Source: Anaerosomatales bacterium
GTDB lineage: Bacteria; Actinomycetota; Coriobacteriia; Anaerosomatales; SLCP01
Direction: 5' to 3'
Length of the DNA: 64,000 nt
NCBI GenBank assembly: GCA_029210645.1
Contig: JARGFT010000001.1
Coordinates: 1,035-65,034 of the forward strand
How positions within the stretch are numbered: the first letter of the stretch is position 1; each line of letters opens with the position of its first letter. Positions 55,111-64,000 of this stretch are shown in pieces. Below the pieces are notes generated by a model. It was given only the letters and a program-made list of their open reading frames with translations, was not told where the DNA came from and ran no database searches. Made by a program: the position numbers and the translations under genes.

Positions 55111-57344
55111 CCGCGACCCCACAGATGGGTGTTCCTGCCGGTTCAGGTGAGGTTCGCATCCCGGTGCAGATGCCCGACGGACTCGAGATCGGGCAGAGTG
55201 TCGCCCATGCGGCGTACCGGCTGACTGGTCTCGATTGACCCGACTGCGCGCGGACCGTGGCTAAGTCCGTGGAGCAGACCGCCGGTGTCGTCCGGGCTGA
55301 TGTGAACTTCGCGAGCGGCGTCATGGTGCTCGAGTACGATCCGGCTACCGACCCGCGCGAGCGGGCCGTCGCCATCGTTCGCTCGACGGGACACGGCGTC
55401 GAGCCGCTGGGGAGACGGGCCACAGACGCCCGGGACTCCGGGGCCGACTCACACGCGCGCTGGAGCGCTCATGAGGTGGCCACCACCGCGGCCGGGGTGC
55501 TCATCGCTCTCGCGTGGCTCCTCGGCCGAGTCGGCCCGGAATCGGCACAGTGGGCTTCAGTGGCGGCGTACGCGGCTGCGATCGTGTCGGGTGGGTGGCT
55601 CGTGTTCCGCAGGGCGATCGTATCGGTGCGTTCGCGCTCCATGGACATGAACGTCTTGATGACCGTCGCGGTTCTCGGTGCGGCGGGCATCGGTGAGTGG
55701 GCCGAGGGTGCGGCGGTGGTCTTCCTCTTCTCGATCGGCGGGATGCTCGAGTCCCGCTCGCTGGCACGCACGAGGCGGTCGATACGGGACCTCATGGATC
55801 TCAGTCCTCAGGTGGCGCGGGTGCTCAGGGCAGATGTCGAGGCCGAGATCCCGGCCGGCGAGGTCGTTCCCGGTGAGACGATGGTGGTGCGCCCCGGCGA
55901 GAGGGTCGCCCTGGACGGGACGGTCGCGGCCGGCTCTTCGGCGGTCGACGAGTCGCCCATCACCGGTGAGTCGGTGCCCGTCGACAAGTCCGCCGGCGAC
56001 GCGGTATTCGCTGGCTCGCTGAACGCCAGTGGCAGACTCGAGGTCACGGTCACCGCCGCGGCCCCCGATTCCACGTTGGCGCGCATCGTCTTCATGGTTG
56101 AGGAGGCCCAATCCGCCAAGGCCCCCTCCCAGCAGCTCGTGGATCGATTCAGCCGCTACTACACCCCCGTCGTCGTTGCGCTCGCCGTACTCATCGCTCT
56201 CGTCCCGCCTGCGGCAGGCGGCCTCCTCGGCCAGGCGTGGGGAGGGTTCGGAGAGTGGTTCTACCGTGCCCTCGTCATGCTTGTCGTGTCGTGCCCGTGT
56301 GCGCTGGTCATCTCCACGCCCGTCTCGATCGTCTCGGCGATCACGCGGGCGACTCGTGACGGCGTGCTCGTCAAGGGCGGAGTGCACCTTGAGAGTGCAG
56401 CGCGCATCCGTGCCGTGGCGTTCGACAAGACCGGTACGCTGACGTGCGGGATGCCCGAGGTGACTGACGTTATCGCGCTTGACGACGGGGACACGGCTCG
56501 CATCCTGAACGTCGCTGCCGAACTCGAGGCTCACAGCAACCATCCCATTGCTCGAGCCGTCGTCCGCGCGGCCGGTACCGGCAACGGCCGGCTGGCGGTA
56601 TCCGAGTACGAGGACGTTCCCGGCGGGGGAGTCCGGGGCGTAGTGGGCGGGTTACGTTACGCCGTGGGCAACCCGGCGTTCGCCGTGTCCGAGGGGGCCG
56701 TCGCCGCCGAGATCGCACCGGCCGTCGAGCGCCTCGAGAACCACGGGCGAACGGTGCTCGTACTCGTTGAGGACGGAGATACAACGGGCGTTATCGGCGT
56801 GGCGGACCAGGTCCGTCCGGAGGCGCGCTCGGCCGTGACGGAGCTGCTCCGGGGCACCATCGGTCACGCGGTCATGCTCACCGGCGACAACGAGCGGACG
56901 GCTGCTGCTGTCGCAGAGCACGCTGGTGTCGCAGAGTACCGGGCGCGCCTGCTGCCCCACGGCAAGGTCGACGCCGTCAATCAGCTTCAGGCGCGGTACG
57001 GGCCGGTCGCGATGGTGGGAGACGGGATCAACGACGCACCCGCGCTCGCCGCATCCGATCTCGGCATCGCCATGGGGGCGGCCGGTAGCGACACCGCTCT
57101 TGAGACCGCCGACGTCGCCCTGATGTCCGACGACCTCAACCAACTCGCACGCTTCTTTGGTCTGGGACGCAGGACGGTGGCGATCATCCGCCAGAATGTC
57201 GCGGTGTCCGTGCTCGTGAAGCTCGCCGTCCTTATCCTGGCGATGACGGGCACGGCAACGCTCTGGATGGCGGTCTTCGCCGACACGGGAGTCTCGCTGC
57301 TTGTGACGCTGAACGGCATGCGCCTGCTCGCGCGGCGCGCGTAG
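55107..57344 (+). CDS. cadA: P1B-type heavy-metal (Cd/Zn/Pb-type) translocating ATPase, with an in-frame TGA at 55236-55238
   Basis: CPC in TM6 (VSCPCALVISTP), DKTGTLT, GDGINDAP and ADTG in the last TM. The N-terminal HMA fold reads AAYRLTGLD[TGA]PDCARTVAKSVEQTAGV. A GTG at 55257 would give a 695-aa protein without the CxxC site. Confidence 0.8.
55249..55271 (+). promoter_or_regulatory. hairpin 11 nt downstream of the in-frame TGA (candidate bacterial SECIS)
   Basis: CGCGGAC / loop CGUGGCUAA / GUCCGUG forms 7 bp including one G.U. The apical loop starts 17 nt after the TGA and contains GU. Confidence 0.3.
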
Positions 57345-57390
57345 CGTGCAGGAGTACCCTTCACGGGGATGAACATCTCAGAGAAGCCGC

Positions 57391-57783
57391 GTGGATAGAG
57401 CAGTGCGGGTGGAGATGGGGGTGATCGGGGTGGCCGAGGACCAGTTCATGCGCTTCCTCGCAGCGTGGGCGCTCGTCCACGAGACTGCGGACGAGGGATG
57501 GAAAGCCGCTGTAGCGCGTGGAGCCGAACAGGAGACCGGATCGATGGAGGCCGGTCCCGAGGCGTTCGTCGATGGCCTCTCAGCGATGATCGCGGAGGAG
57601 AAAGAACGCCTGAAAGCAGCTCTCGCCTCAGGTGAGGTCGAGGCACCCGGCTCGAAGGCAGACGTTGGGTCGCAGCTCGACGACCTGCTCTTCGAGGTCC
57701 GCGAGTTGCGCGGGCGGCTGGAATCGATGCAGACGACGCTCGATGCGGTCCTTTCCGACGACGAAGACCACGGGGTGAAATGA
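57391..57783 (+). CDS. hypothetical acidic protein with C-terminal coiled coil
   Basis: ORF upstream of and nearly abutting ubiB. The start is uncertain (GTG 57391, ATG 57415 or ATG 57448). I recognise no family. Confidence 0.4.
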   Translation: MDRAVRVEMGVIGVAEDQFMRFLAAWALVHETADEGWKAAVARGAEQETGSMEAGPEAFVDGLSAMIAEEKERLKAALASGEVEAPGSKADVGSQLDDLLFEVRELRGRLESMQTTLDAVLSDDEDHGVK

Positions 57784-57792
57784 GGTCGGCCG

Positions 57793-59154
57793 GTGTCTCG
57801 ACGCACGCGTGTCATCACCCGAACGTTCGCCCGTCACTGGGCTCGCGCGCTTCCGCAAGCGCGGTTCGGGTTCGCCCCGCGCGCCACACGCCGCGCAGCC
57901 TTCGCGCGCGCGACGCGCCTGGCGCTCGAGGACCTGGGACCCGCGTTCATCAAGCTCGGTCAGGTCGCATCGGTCCGCCCCGATCTCGTCCCCCCGGAGT
58001 ACGTGTTCGAGTTCGAGCAGCTCCAGGACCGTGTCCCGCCGCTGCCTGCCGAGAGGATAGCCACGGTCATCCGCCACGAGCTCGGCAGGCCGCTTGCCGA
58101 GCTCTTCGATGACTTCGAAACAGAGCCCATCGCGGCGGCCTCGATCGCCCAGGTCCATCGTGCCAGGCTTGCCAGGGAGGTGCGCCCCGTCATCGGCGAC
58201 GTCATGCCCGCGGGCACTCCTGTGGCCATCAAGGTGGTGAGGCCCGGCGCAGCGCAGGTGATCGCCGCAGATCTTCCGGAAGCGCGCAGACTCCTTTCGC
58301 GGCTCGATCGCCTCGGTCTGTCGCGGTGGATCGACGCGCCGGCGCTGCTCGAGGAGTTTGCCGCTTCGCTTGCGAGCGAACTCGATCTGCGCAACGAGGG
58401 CAGGGTCTCGGACCGCTTCGCGCACGACTTCCGGGACGACGCTTGCATCATGACGCCGAGGATCGCATGGAGCCACACGTCGCGAAGCGTGCTCACGATG
58501 GAGTACGTGGAGGGCTGGCGTCTGACCGAGATCGACGACGCCGCGCGCGCCGGCGTCGACGCGTTCCACCTCGCCTTGCATGGCGCCACGGTGTTCATGA
58601 AGCAGGTTCTCGTACTGGGACGCTACCACGCGGACCTGCATCCCGCGAACCTCTTCGTCACTCCGGACTCGCGCATCTGTTACCTGGACTTCGGCATCGT
58701 CGGCACGACAGAGCGCGAGGAGCGCATCAACATCGCGCAGGTCCTGGCCGCCACCGTGTACGGGGACGCGGACCGCGCGCTGTGCTACTCCGCGAAGCTC
58801 GGCCTCGAGGTTCCGGAGCACAAGCGGGCGGATGTTCGCCAGCGCGTCGGCGAGCTGATGGACCGCACGCTCAACGTCCCGGGCCGGCCCGCCGACGTGA
58901 AGGGGTTCGCCACCGGCTTCCTGTCGGTCATGGCTGATGCCCGCGTACCCATCCCGGCAGGCTACGGCCTGCTCGTCAAGGCGCTCGTCACGGTGGAGGG
59001 GGTCGCGCGCGCGATCTACCCCGACATCGATATCACCAGGGCGGCGAAGCCGTTTGCCACGCGTCTGATCGCGCAGCAGATGATGCGACCCGACAGGATC
59101 GCCGATCGGGTACCTGCGGCACTTCGCGCCGCGATCCGCGAGCTGGTGTCCTAG
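57793..59154 (+). CDS. ubiB: ABC1/UbiB family atypical kinase
   Basis: FIKLGQVASVRPDLVPPEYVFEFEQLQDRVPP, AAASIAQVHRA and HADLHPANLFV motifs. Confidence 0.85.
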   Translation: MSRRTRVITRTFARHWARALPQARFGFAPRATRRAAFARATRLALEDLGPAFIKLGQVASVRPDLVPPEYVFEFEQLQDRVPPLPAERIATVIRHELGRPLAELFDDFETEPIAAASIAQVHRARLAREVRPVIGDVMPAGTPVAIKVVRPGAAQVIAADLPEARRLLSRLDRLGLSRWIDAPALLEEFAASLASELDLRNEGRVSDRFAHDFRDDACIMTPRIAWSHTSRSVLTMEYVEGWRLTEIDDAARAGVDAFHLALHGATVFMKQVLVLGRYHADLHPANLFVTPDSRICYLDFGIVGTTEREERINIAQVLAATVYGDADRALCYSAKLGLEVPEHKRADVRQRVGELMDRTLNVPGRPADVKGFATGFLSVMADARVPIPAGYGLLVKALVTVEGVARAIYPDIDITRAAKPFATRLIAQQMMRPDRIADRVPAALRAAIRELVS

Positions 59155-59161
59155 GCCCTCG

Positions 59162-60001
59162 CTACGCCCCGGACTCCGGCGAACGACCGAGGTCCTGCGC
59201 GTCGTCGAGCGCCTCGTTGAGGCTGCCGCTGCGGTACCCGTGTAGGTCCTGCGCAACGAAGATGAAGCCTGCCTCGCGTACGGCGGATGCGACGAGTTCC
59301 CGCATGTCCCAGGCCGAGTCCATCTCCTGCGGGTCGACCTCGACCCGGGCGACGTCGCCATGAGCGCGCACGCGGAACTGCCGCAGCCCGAGCTGTCGCA
59401 GGGACTCCTCGGCCGAGGCCACGCTCTGCAGCCCGGCCTCGGTGATGGCCTGGCCATACGGGAAGCGCGACGCGAGGCACGCCATCGACGGCTTGTCCCA
59501 GTTGGGGAGGGTCAGCATGCGTGCGATATCGCGGATATCGTCCTTGGTCATGCCCGCTTGCTGGAGCGGGCTGACCACACCGAGCTCGCGCGCTGCGCGC
59601 GAGCCGGGCCGATGGTCGCCGAGGTCGTCAACGTTAGACCCGTCGGCCACGTGCTTCAGGCCTCGGTGATCCGCGACGGTTCTCAGCAGACCGAAGAGCT
59701 CGGTCTTGCAGTGATAGCAGCGGTCGGGCGCGTTGGCACGGAACTGAGGGTCGACGAGCTCGTGCGTTTCGACCTCGATGAGCGGTATGCCGAGCTGATT
59801 CGCTATCCCGCGCGCGTACTCGCACTCGCTCTCAGGATAGGTGTCCGAGACCGCCAGGACCGAGAGGCAGGAGTCGCCGAGTACGGCGTTCGCGGTGAAC
59901 GCAAGGAGCGTGGAGTCCACGCCGCCCGAGTAGGCGACGAGCACGCTCTCCAGCTTACTCAGGTGCTCCCGGAGCAGGTCGTACTTCGCAACTGGGTCCA
60001 C
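59162..60001 (-). CDS. larE: PP-loop ATP-utilizing enzyme, LarE-like (TIGR00268)
   Basis: SGGVDS PP-loop, CYHC pair and the ACLASRFPYG cysteine. Confidence 0.75.
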   Translation of the reverse strand: MDPVAKYDLLREHLSKLESVLVAYSGGVDSTLLAFTANAVLGDSCLSVLAVSDTYPESECEYARGIANQLGIPLIEVETHELVDPQFRANAPDRCYHCKTELFGLLRTVADHRGLKHVADGSNVDDLGDHRPGSRAARELGVVSPLQQAGMTKDDIRDIARMLTLPNWDKPSMACLASRFPYGQAITEAGLQSVASAEESLRQLGLRQFRVRAHGDVARVEVDPQEMDSAWDMRELVASAVREAGFIFVAQDLHGYRSGSLNEALDDAQDLGRSPESGA

Positions 60002-60100
60002 GGGGTCTCCTCACGCGTTGAGACCGAAGTATAGCCCGAGCGGCTCATCGAGGGGTATGTACACGGGTGAACGCCACCTACTCCGACCACGGGAGGACCC

Positions 60101-62098
60101 ATGGCCGACCAGAGCGCCGATAGCGGTATCGAGCACCTCGCAGGTGACGATGCAGTCGTCCCGCCCTCGCCGGACTTCGCGGAGAACGCGATCGTCAGCG
60201 GCATGGAGTGCTATCGGGAACTCTACGAACGTTCGGTGGAAGACCCCGACGGCTTCTGGCTCGAGATGGCACGCGAGCACCTCGTGTGGATGAAGGAGCC
60301 CACCGTTGGTCTGCAGGGTGGCTTCGAGAACCTCGACTACACGTACTTCGCCGACGGGACCCTTAACGTCTCGGCGAACTGCCTGGATCGCCACCTCGCG
60401 ACCTGGAGGCGCAACAAGGCCGCACTCATCTGGGAAGGCGACGACGGCTCTTCACGCACCTACACCTACCAGCAGCTGCATCATGAGGTCAGCCGCTTCG
60501 CCAACGTGCTGCGCAAGAAGGGCATCGAGCGTGGCGACCGCGTCGCCATCTACCTGCCTATGATTCCCGAGCTGCCCATCGCGATGCTCGGCTGCGCGCG
60601 CGTCGGCGCGATCCACTCGGTCATCTTCGGCGGCTTCTCCTCTTCTGCACTGCGGGGGCGCATCCAGGACTGCGGTGCCAAGCTGCTGATCACCGCCGAC
60701 GAGGGCATCCGCGGAGGCCGGAAGGTGCCTCTCAAAGCCAATGCTGACGAAGCGCTCTTCGAGTGTCCGAGTGTCGAAGCGTGCGTCGTGGTGAAACGCG
60801 GTGCCGGTGATGTCGACATGGAGCCGGGACGCGACACCTGGTGGCACCAGGAGGTGACCGCCCCCGAGGTTCGCAGGCCGTGCGTGCTCGAAGAGATGGC
60901 TGCCGAGGACCCGCTCTTCATTCTCTACACCTCCGGGTCGACCGGTACGCCCAAGGGCGTGTTGCACACCACCGCGGGTTACCTGCTCTACTCGGCGCTC
61001 ACGTTCAAGACGGTCTTCGACTACCGTGACGAGGACGTCTTCTGGTGTACCGCAGATATCGGCTGGATCACCGGGCACTCCTACATCGTCTACGGTCCGC
61101 TCGCTGCGGGCGCTACGGCGCTCATGTTCGAGGGCGTGCCGACCTATCCGGACCCCGGTCGCTTCTGGGCGGTCGTGGAGAAGTACCGGGTCAACTCCTT
61201 CTACACGGCTCCCACGGCGATCAGGGCACTCATGCGTCATGGCGAGGGGTGGCCCGAGCGTTACGATGTGTCCAGTCTGCGGCTGCTCGGCACGGTGGGC
61301 GAACCCATCAACCCCGAGGTCTGGCAGTGGTACCGGCGAACGATCGGGCGCGACGAACTGCCCGTGATCGACACGTACTGGCAGACCGAGACCGGCGGCT
61401 TCCTGATCACGCCGTTCCCCGGTGCGACACCGCTCAAGCCGGGTAGCGCGACCGTGCCTTTCTTCGGCGTGACGCCGCGGGTGCTTCGCGAGGACGGCAG
61501 CGACGCCGATCCCGATGAGGGAGGGTACCTCGTCGTTCGCAATCCCTGGCCGGGTGCCCTGCGCGGCACGTGGGGCGACCCCGATCACTCGCGCATGCGC
61601 GAGGTCTACTTCGAGCGATTCCCCGGGGTGTACTTTACGGGCGATGGCGCCCGTGTGGACAAGGACGGCTACTACTGGCTCCTCGGCCGGGTGGATGATG
61701 TTATCAATGTCTCCGGACACCGGATGGGCACCGCCGAGATCGAGAGCGCGCTCGTGAGCCACGATGCGGTCGCCGAGGCTGCGGTCGTTGGATTCCCCCA
61801 TCCGGTCAAAGGCGAGGGGATCCACGCCTTCGTGCTCCTGCGTGACGGGCACCACCCGTCCGAGGACCTCGCGACCATCCTCTCCGGACACGTCCGCAAG
61901 CTCATCGGACCCATCGCTAAACCCGATCACATCCAGTTCGCTCGCGACCTGCCCAAGACCCGCTCGGGCAAGATCATGCGCCGCATCTTGCGCAAGCTCG
62001 CGGCGGGCGAGCGTGAGATGGAGGCGTTCGGCGATCTGACGACCCTGGCCGATCCGCGGGTCGTGAAGGACCTTCTGGAGGGCGCCGACACCTACTAG
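60101..62098 (+). CDS. acs: acetyl-CoA synthetase (AMP-forming)
   Basis: [19 protein letters not shown] and the C-terminal [15 protein letters not shown] motif, 665 aa. Confidence 0.95.
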   Translation: MADQSADSGIEHLAGDDAVVPPSPDFAENAIVSGMECYRELYERSVEDPDGFWLEMAREHLVWMKEPTVGLQGGFENLDYTYFADGTLNVSANCLDRHLATWRRNKAALIWEGDDGSSRTYTYQQLHHEVSRFANVLRKKGIERGDRVAIYLPMIPELPIAMLGCARVGAIHSVIFGGFSSSALRGRIQDCGAKLLITADEGIRGGRKVPLKANADEALFECPSVEACVVVKRGAGDVDMEPGRDTWWHQEVTAPEVRRPCVLEEMAAEDPLFILYTSGSTGTPKGVLHTTAGYLLYSALTFKTVFDYRDEDVFWCTADIGWITGHSYIVYGPLAAGATALMFEGVPTYPDPGRFWAVVEKYRVNSFYTAPTAIRALMRHGEGWPERYDVSSLRLLGTVGEPINPEVWQWYRRTIGRDELPVIDTYWQTETGGFLITPFPGATPLKPGSATVPFFGVTPRVLREDGSDADPDEGGYLVVRNPWPGALRGTWGDPDHSRMREVYFERFPGVYFTGDGARVDKDGYYWLLGRVDDVINVSGHRMGTAEIESALVSHDAVAEAAVVGFPHPVKGEGIHAFVLLRDGHHPSEDLATILSGHVRKLIGPIAKPDHIQFARDLPKTRSGKIMRRILRKLAAGEREMEAFGDLTTLADPRVVKDLLEGADTY

Positions 62099-62104
62099 CG
62101 TGTC

Positions 62105-62686
62105 CTAGGGAGTGCGCGGGTCCCAGAAGACGTCGCCCGAGCCGTACCGGTGATTGACGTAGCGGGCCATCGTGAAGAGCAGGTCCGAGAGCCGGTTGAT
62201 GAACTTCCGCACGCGAGGGTCGACCTCGTCGGGAGCCTCCGACACCAGGTCCATGACGCGCCGCTCGGCTCGACGCACGACGGTGCGGGCGATGTGGAGC
62301 CGGCACGCCCCCTCGCAGCCTGCGGGGAGCACGAAGTGATCGATCTCGCCTGCGGCCGCGGTCAGCTCGTCGATCCACGACTCGAGACGGGTGATGTCCT
62401 CGACCCGGATCGAGGGTCCTGCCGTTGATGCGGCACGCACCTCGGCAGGCGTGGCGAGCAGGCTCGAGCAGTCGAAGAGCCGGTGCTGTACGAAGTCGAG
62501 CATGGTGTTGAGACGCACGTCATCACCGGCGGCCAGCCTGATGGCGGCCCTCGCGTGCCCTACGCAGCTGTTGGCCTCGTCGACGGTGCCGTACGCCTCC
62601 ACGCGCGAACTGTTCTTCGCGATGCGCGAACCCCCGACCAATGAGGTCTCTCCGGCGTCGCCGGTGCGGGTGTAGATCTTACTCAT
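62105..62686 (-). CDS. pduO: ATP:cob(I)alamin adenosyltransferase, PduO type
   Basis: MSKIYTRTGDAGETSL N-terminus and the helical bundle; 193 aa. Confidence 0.9.
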   Translation of the reverse strand: MSKIYTRTGDAGETSLVGGSRIAKNSSRVEAYGTVDEANSCVGHARAAIRLAAGDDVRLNTMLDFVQHRLFDCSSLLATPAEVRAASTAGPSIRVEDITRLESWIDELTAAAGEIDHFVLPAGCEGACRLHIARTVVRRAERRVMDLVSEAPDEVDPRVRKFINRLSDLLFTMARYVNHRYGSGDVFWDPRTP

Positions 62687-62780
62687 GTCAGCCTCCCGGA
62701 CTCGGACCGTCGAGCACGACTATACCGTGTCTGCGGAGTGTGGCGGGTGCCCCGCAGGACGCGGGGCTCCACAGTGGGTC

Positions 62781-64000
62781 TCAGAGGGCCCGCAGACGCA
62801 TGGAGAGCTGGCCGAGAGCGCCGGCGGTCATGCCGGTGGGACATCCGAGTCGCAGGGTGTCCTCGGTCCATCCGGCGCGTGACGTAGCGGTGAGTGAGCG
62901 GACGTCGAGTCCGCTCTCGGAGATCGCCCGTGCGATGTCGTAGAGCAGTCCGACGTGATCCGGCGCGCGGACGTGCAGAAGTGCTCCACGGGCGTCCTCC
63001 TCGATCCGTGCCTGGATGTCGCCGATGACGCGTGGCGCGTAGAGCCGTCTGCGTTCCGACAGCCGAACGGAGAGCGCCAGACGCCCCGCGAGCGACGCCG
63101 ACAGCATGCGCTCGAAGCGACTCCAGGTCTCGGCACTCACCGGCGCGAGGGTCGCGGAGGTGACGACGAAGCTGTCGAGCGCGATGCCATCCCGCGTCGG
63201 AACGGAGTTCGCCGCCAGGATGTCGAGCCCTGCCAGCGCGAAGGTACCCGCGAAGATGGCGAGCAGGCCGGGGCGGTCGGGTGCTGCGACGTTCACGCGG
63301 TACGACGCCGGGATAGGTCCAGCGCCGATCTCGAGTGCGTGGGTGCCCGGCGTTCGGTCCGCGGCCACGCGGGCGGCGAGGTCTGCCAGGTGCTCACGCG
63401 CAGTGGGGCTGCCGGCTCTCAGGGCACGCGCCTCGTCTGCCGAGAGGGCAGCATAGAGCCTGCTGACGAGGGTGGCCAAGAGGTCGGCGTGCCACGCGCT
63501 CCACGCACCCGGACCGGTCGCACGGGAGTCGGCAACCGTGAGCACGTGGAGCGGAGCGAGGAGAGACGCGTCACCGAGGGTGCGGGCCACCGCGTCGATG
63601 TCGGCGGGCTCGTCGAGGTCGACGCCGGAGGCGGCCGATGCCAGAAGCAGGTGGTGTCCGACGAGTGCCGAAACGGTTTGGGCCTGGCCGGCGTCGAGCC
63701 CGAAACGCTCGGCCGCCACCCGCGCCGTGGGTGCGCCCCGCGCGGGGTGTCCGGCTCCGGGTGTGGCCTTTCCGACATCGTGGGTGAGCGCGGCGACGGT
63801 CAGGAGGCGAGCGTCGCCGATCCGGAGCGCGGATCCGGAAAGCACCGGGTCGTCGGCCGTGCCGGCTGCTGCCGAAGCGATGATGTCGGCCGTGCCGACC
63901 GCGCATCTCAGGGAGTGCGCTCCCACGGTGAGCGCGTGCGCGATGCCGGGACGGCGCAGCCACATCAGCGAGCTCATACCGGGGACGAGGTGGTCGAGCT
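62781..64000 (-). CDS. glnD: [protein-PII] uridylyl/adenylyl-transferase GlnD, C-terminal part (HD plus two ACT domains); 5' end lies beyond the window
   Basis: HDVGK HD motif and two ACT-like repeats (VAAPDRPGLLAIFAGTFALAGLDI, VRAPDHVGLLYDIARAISESGLDV). The frame is open to nt 64000. Confidence 0.75.
   Translation of the reverse strand, partial: LDHLVPGMSSLMWLRRPGIAHALTVGAHSLRCAVGTADIIASAAAGTADDPVLSGSALRIGDARLLTVAALTHDVGKATPGAGHPARGAPTARVAAERFGLDAGQAQTVSALVGHHLLLASAASGVDLDEPADIDAVARTLGDASLLAPLHVLTVADSRATGPGAWSAWHADLLATLVSRLYAALSADEARALRAGSPTAREHLADLAARVAADRTPGTHALEIGAGPIPASYRVNVAAPDRPGLLAIFAGTFALAGLDILAANSVPTRDGIALDSFVVTSATLAPVSAETWSRFERMLSASLAGRLALSVRLSERRRLYAPRVIGDIQARIEEDARGALLHVRAPDHVGLLYDIARAISESGLDVRSLTATSRAGWTEDTLRLGCPTGMTAGALGQLSMRLRAL

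Noticed and set aside
54650-55423. 258-codon N-terminal extension of the ppsA-like ORF (track ORF 52505..55423)
   Set aside because: The extension is antisense to cadC and to the 5' end of cadA and is Arg/Pro/Gly-rich. The enzyme's conserved N-terminus (MAAAVITIEQ..VVGGKAANL) starts at ATG 54649.

Overview
This is a high-GC chromosomal segment from a Gram-positive, actinobacterium-like genome. That guess rests on PdtaS/PdtaR, a GlnR-type orphan regulator next to glnA, OtsB1-like trehalose genes and a CGAAC-N4-GTTCG LexA box, and is inference only. I call about 58 protein genes or gene remnants and one tRNA-Leu(CAA); I see no rRNA and no CRISPR array. Most of the window is core metabolism and information processing. 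Left to right it carries: a trp operon with both TrpB2 and TrpB1; nadE; a class I aldolase; accD/accA; PPi-type PFK; a LOG-family gene; a UvrD-like helicase; pdtaS/pdtaR; mgtE; a trehalose/GH65 pair; an Hdr-like plus three-gene split glutamate synthase operon; ychF; gdhA, a PEP-binding protein, glnA and a glnR-like gene; polA; rpsA; coaE; uvrB; a ppsA-like gene; cadC/cadA; ubiB; larE; acs; a pduO-type gene; and a partial glnD. A 2.6 kb accessory islet (30.9-33.6 kb) holds a ParE-type toxin-antitoxin pair, an IS30 transposase remnant, an intact rifampin ADP-ribosyltransferase (arr) and decayed genes. The most interesting signals are these. (1) A two-hairpin ANTAR-type antiterminator leader overlaps a strong intrinsic terminator directly upstream of the Hdr-like/GOGAT operon, and the ANTAR regulator PdtaR is encoded in the same window. 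(2) An in-frame TGA sits exactly at the first Cys of the CxxC metal site of the CadA-type ATPase and has a hairpin 11 nt downstream, so it is either selenocysteine or a fresh nonsense mutation. (3) An HdrB-HdrC fusion is coupled to the split GOGAT. (4) A Walker-less RecA/KaiC-like plus PEP-binding protein lies between gdhA and glnA. The many long antisense and out-of-frame ORFs in the track are GC artefacts. All functional calls come from motif recognition by eye; no database search was run.
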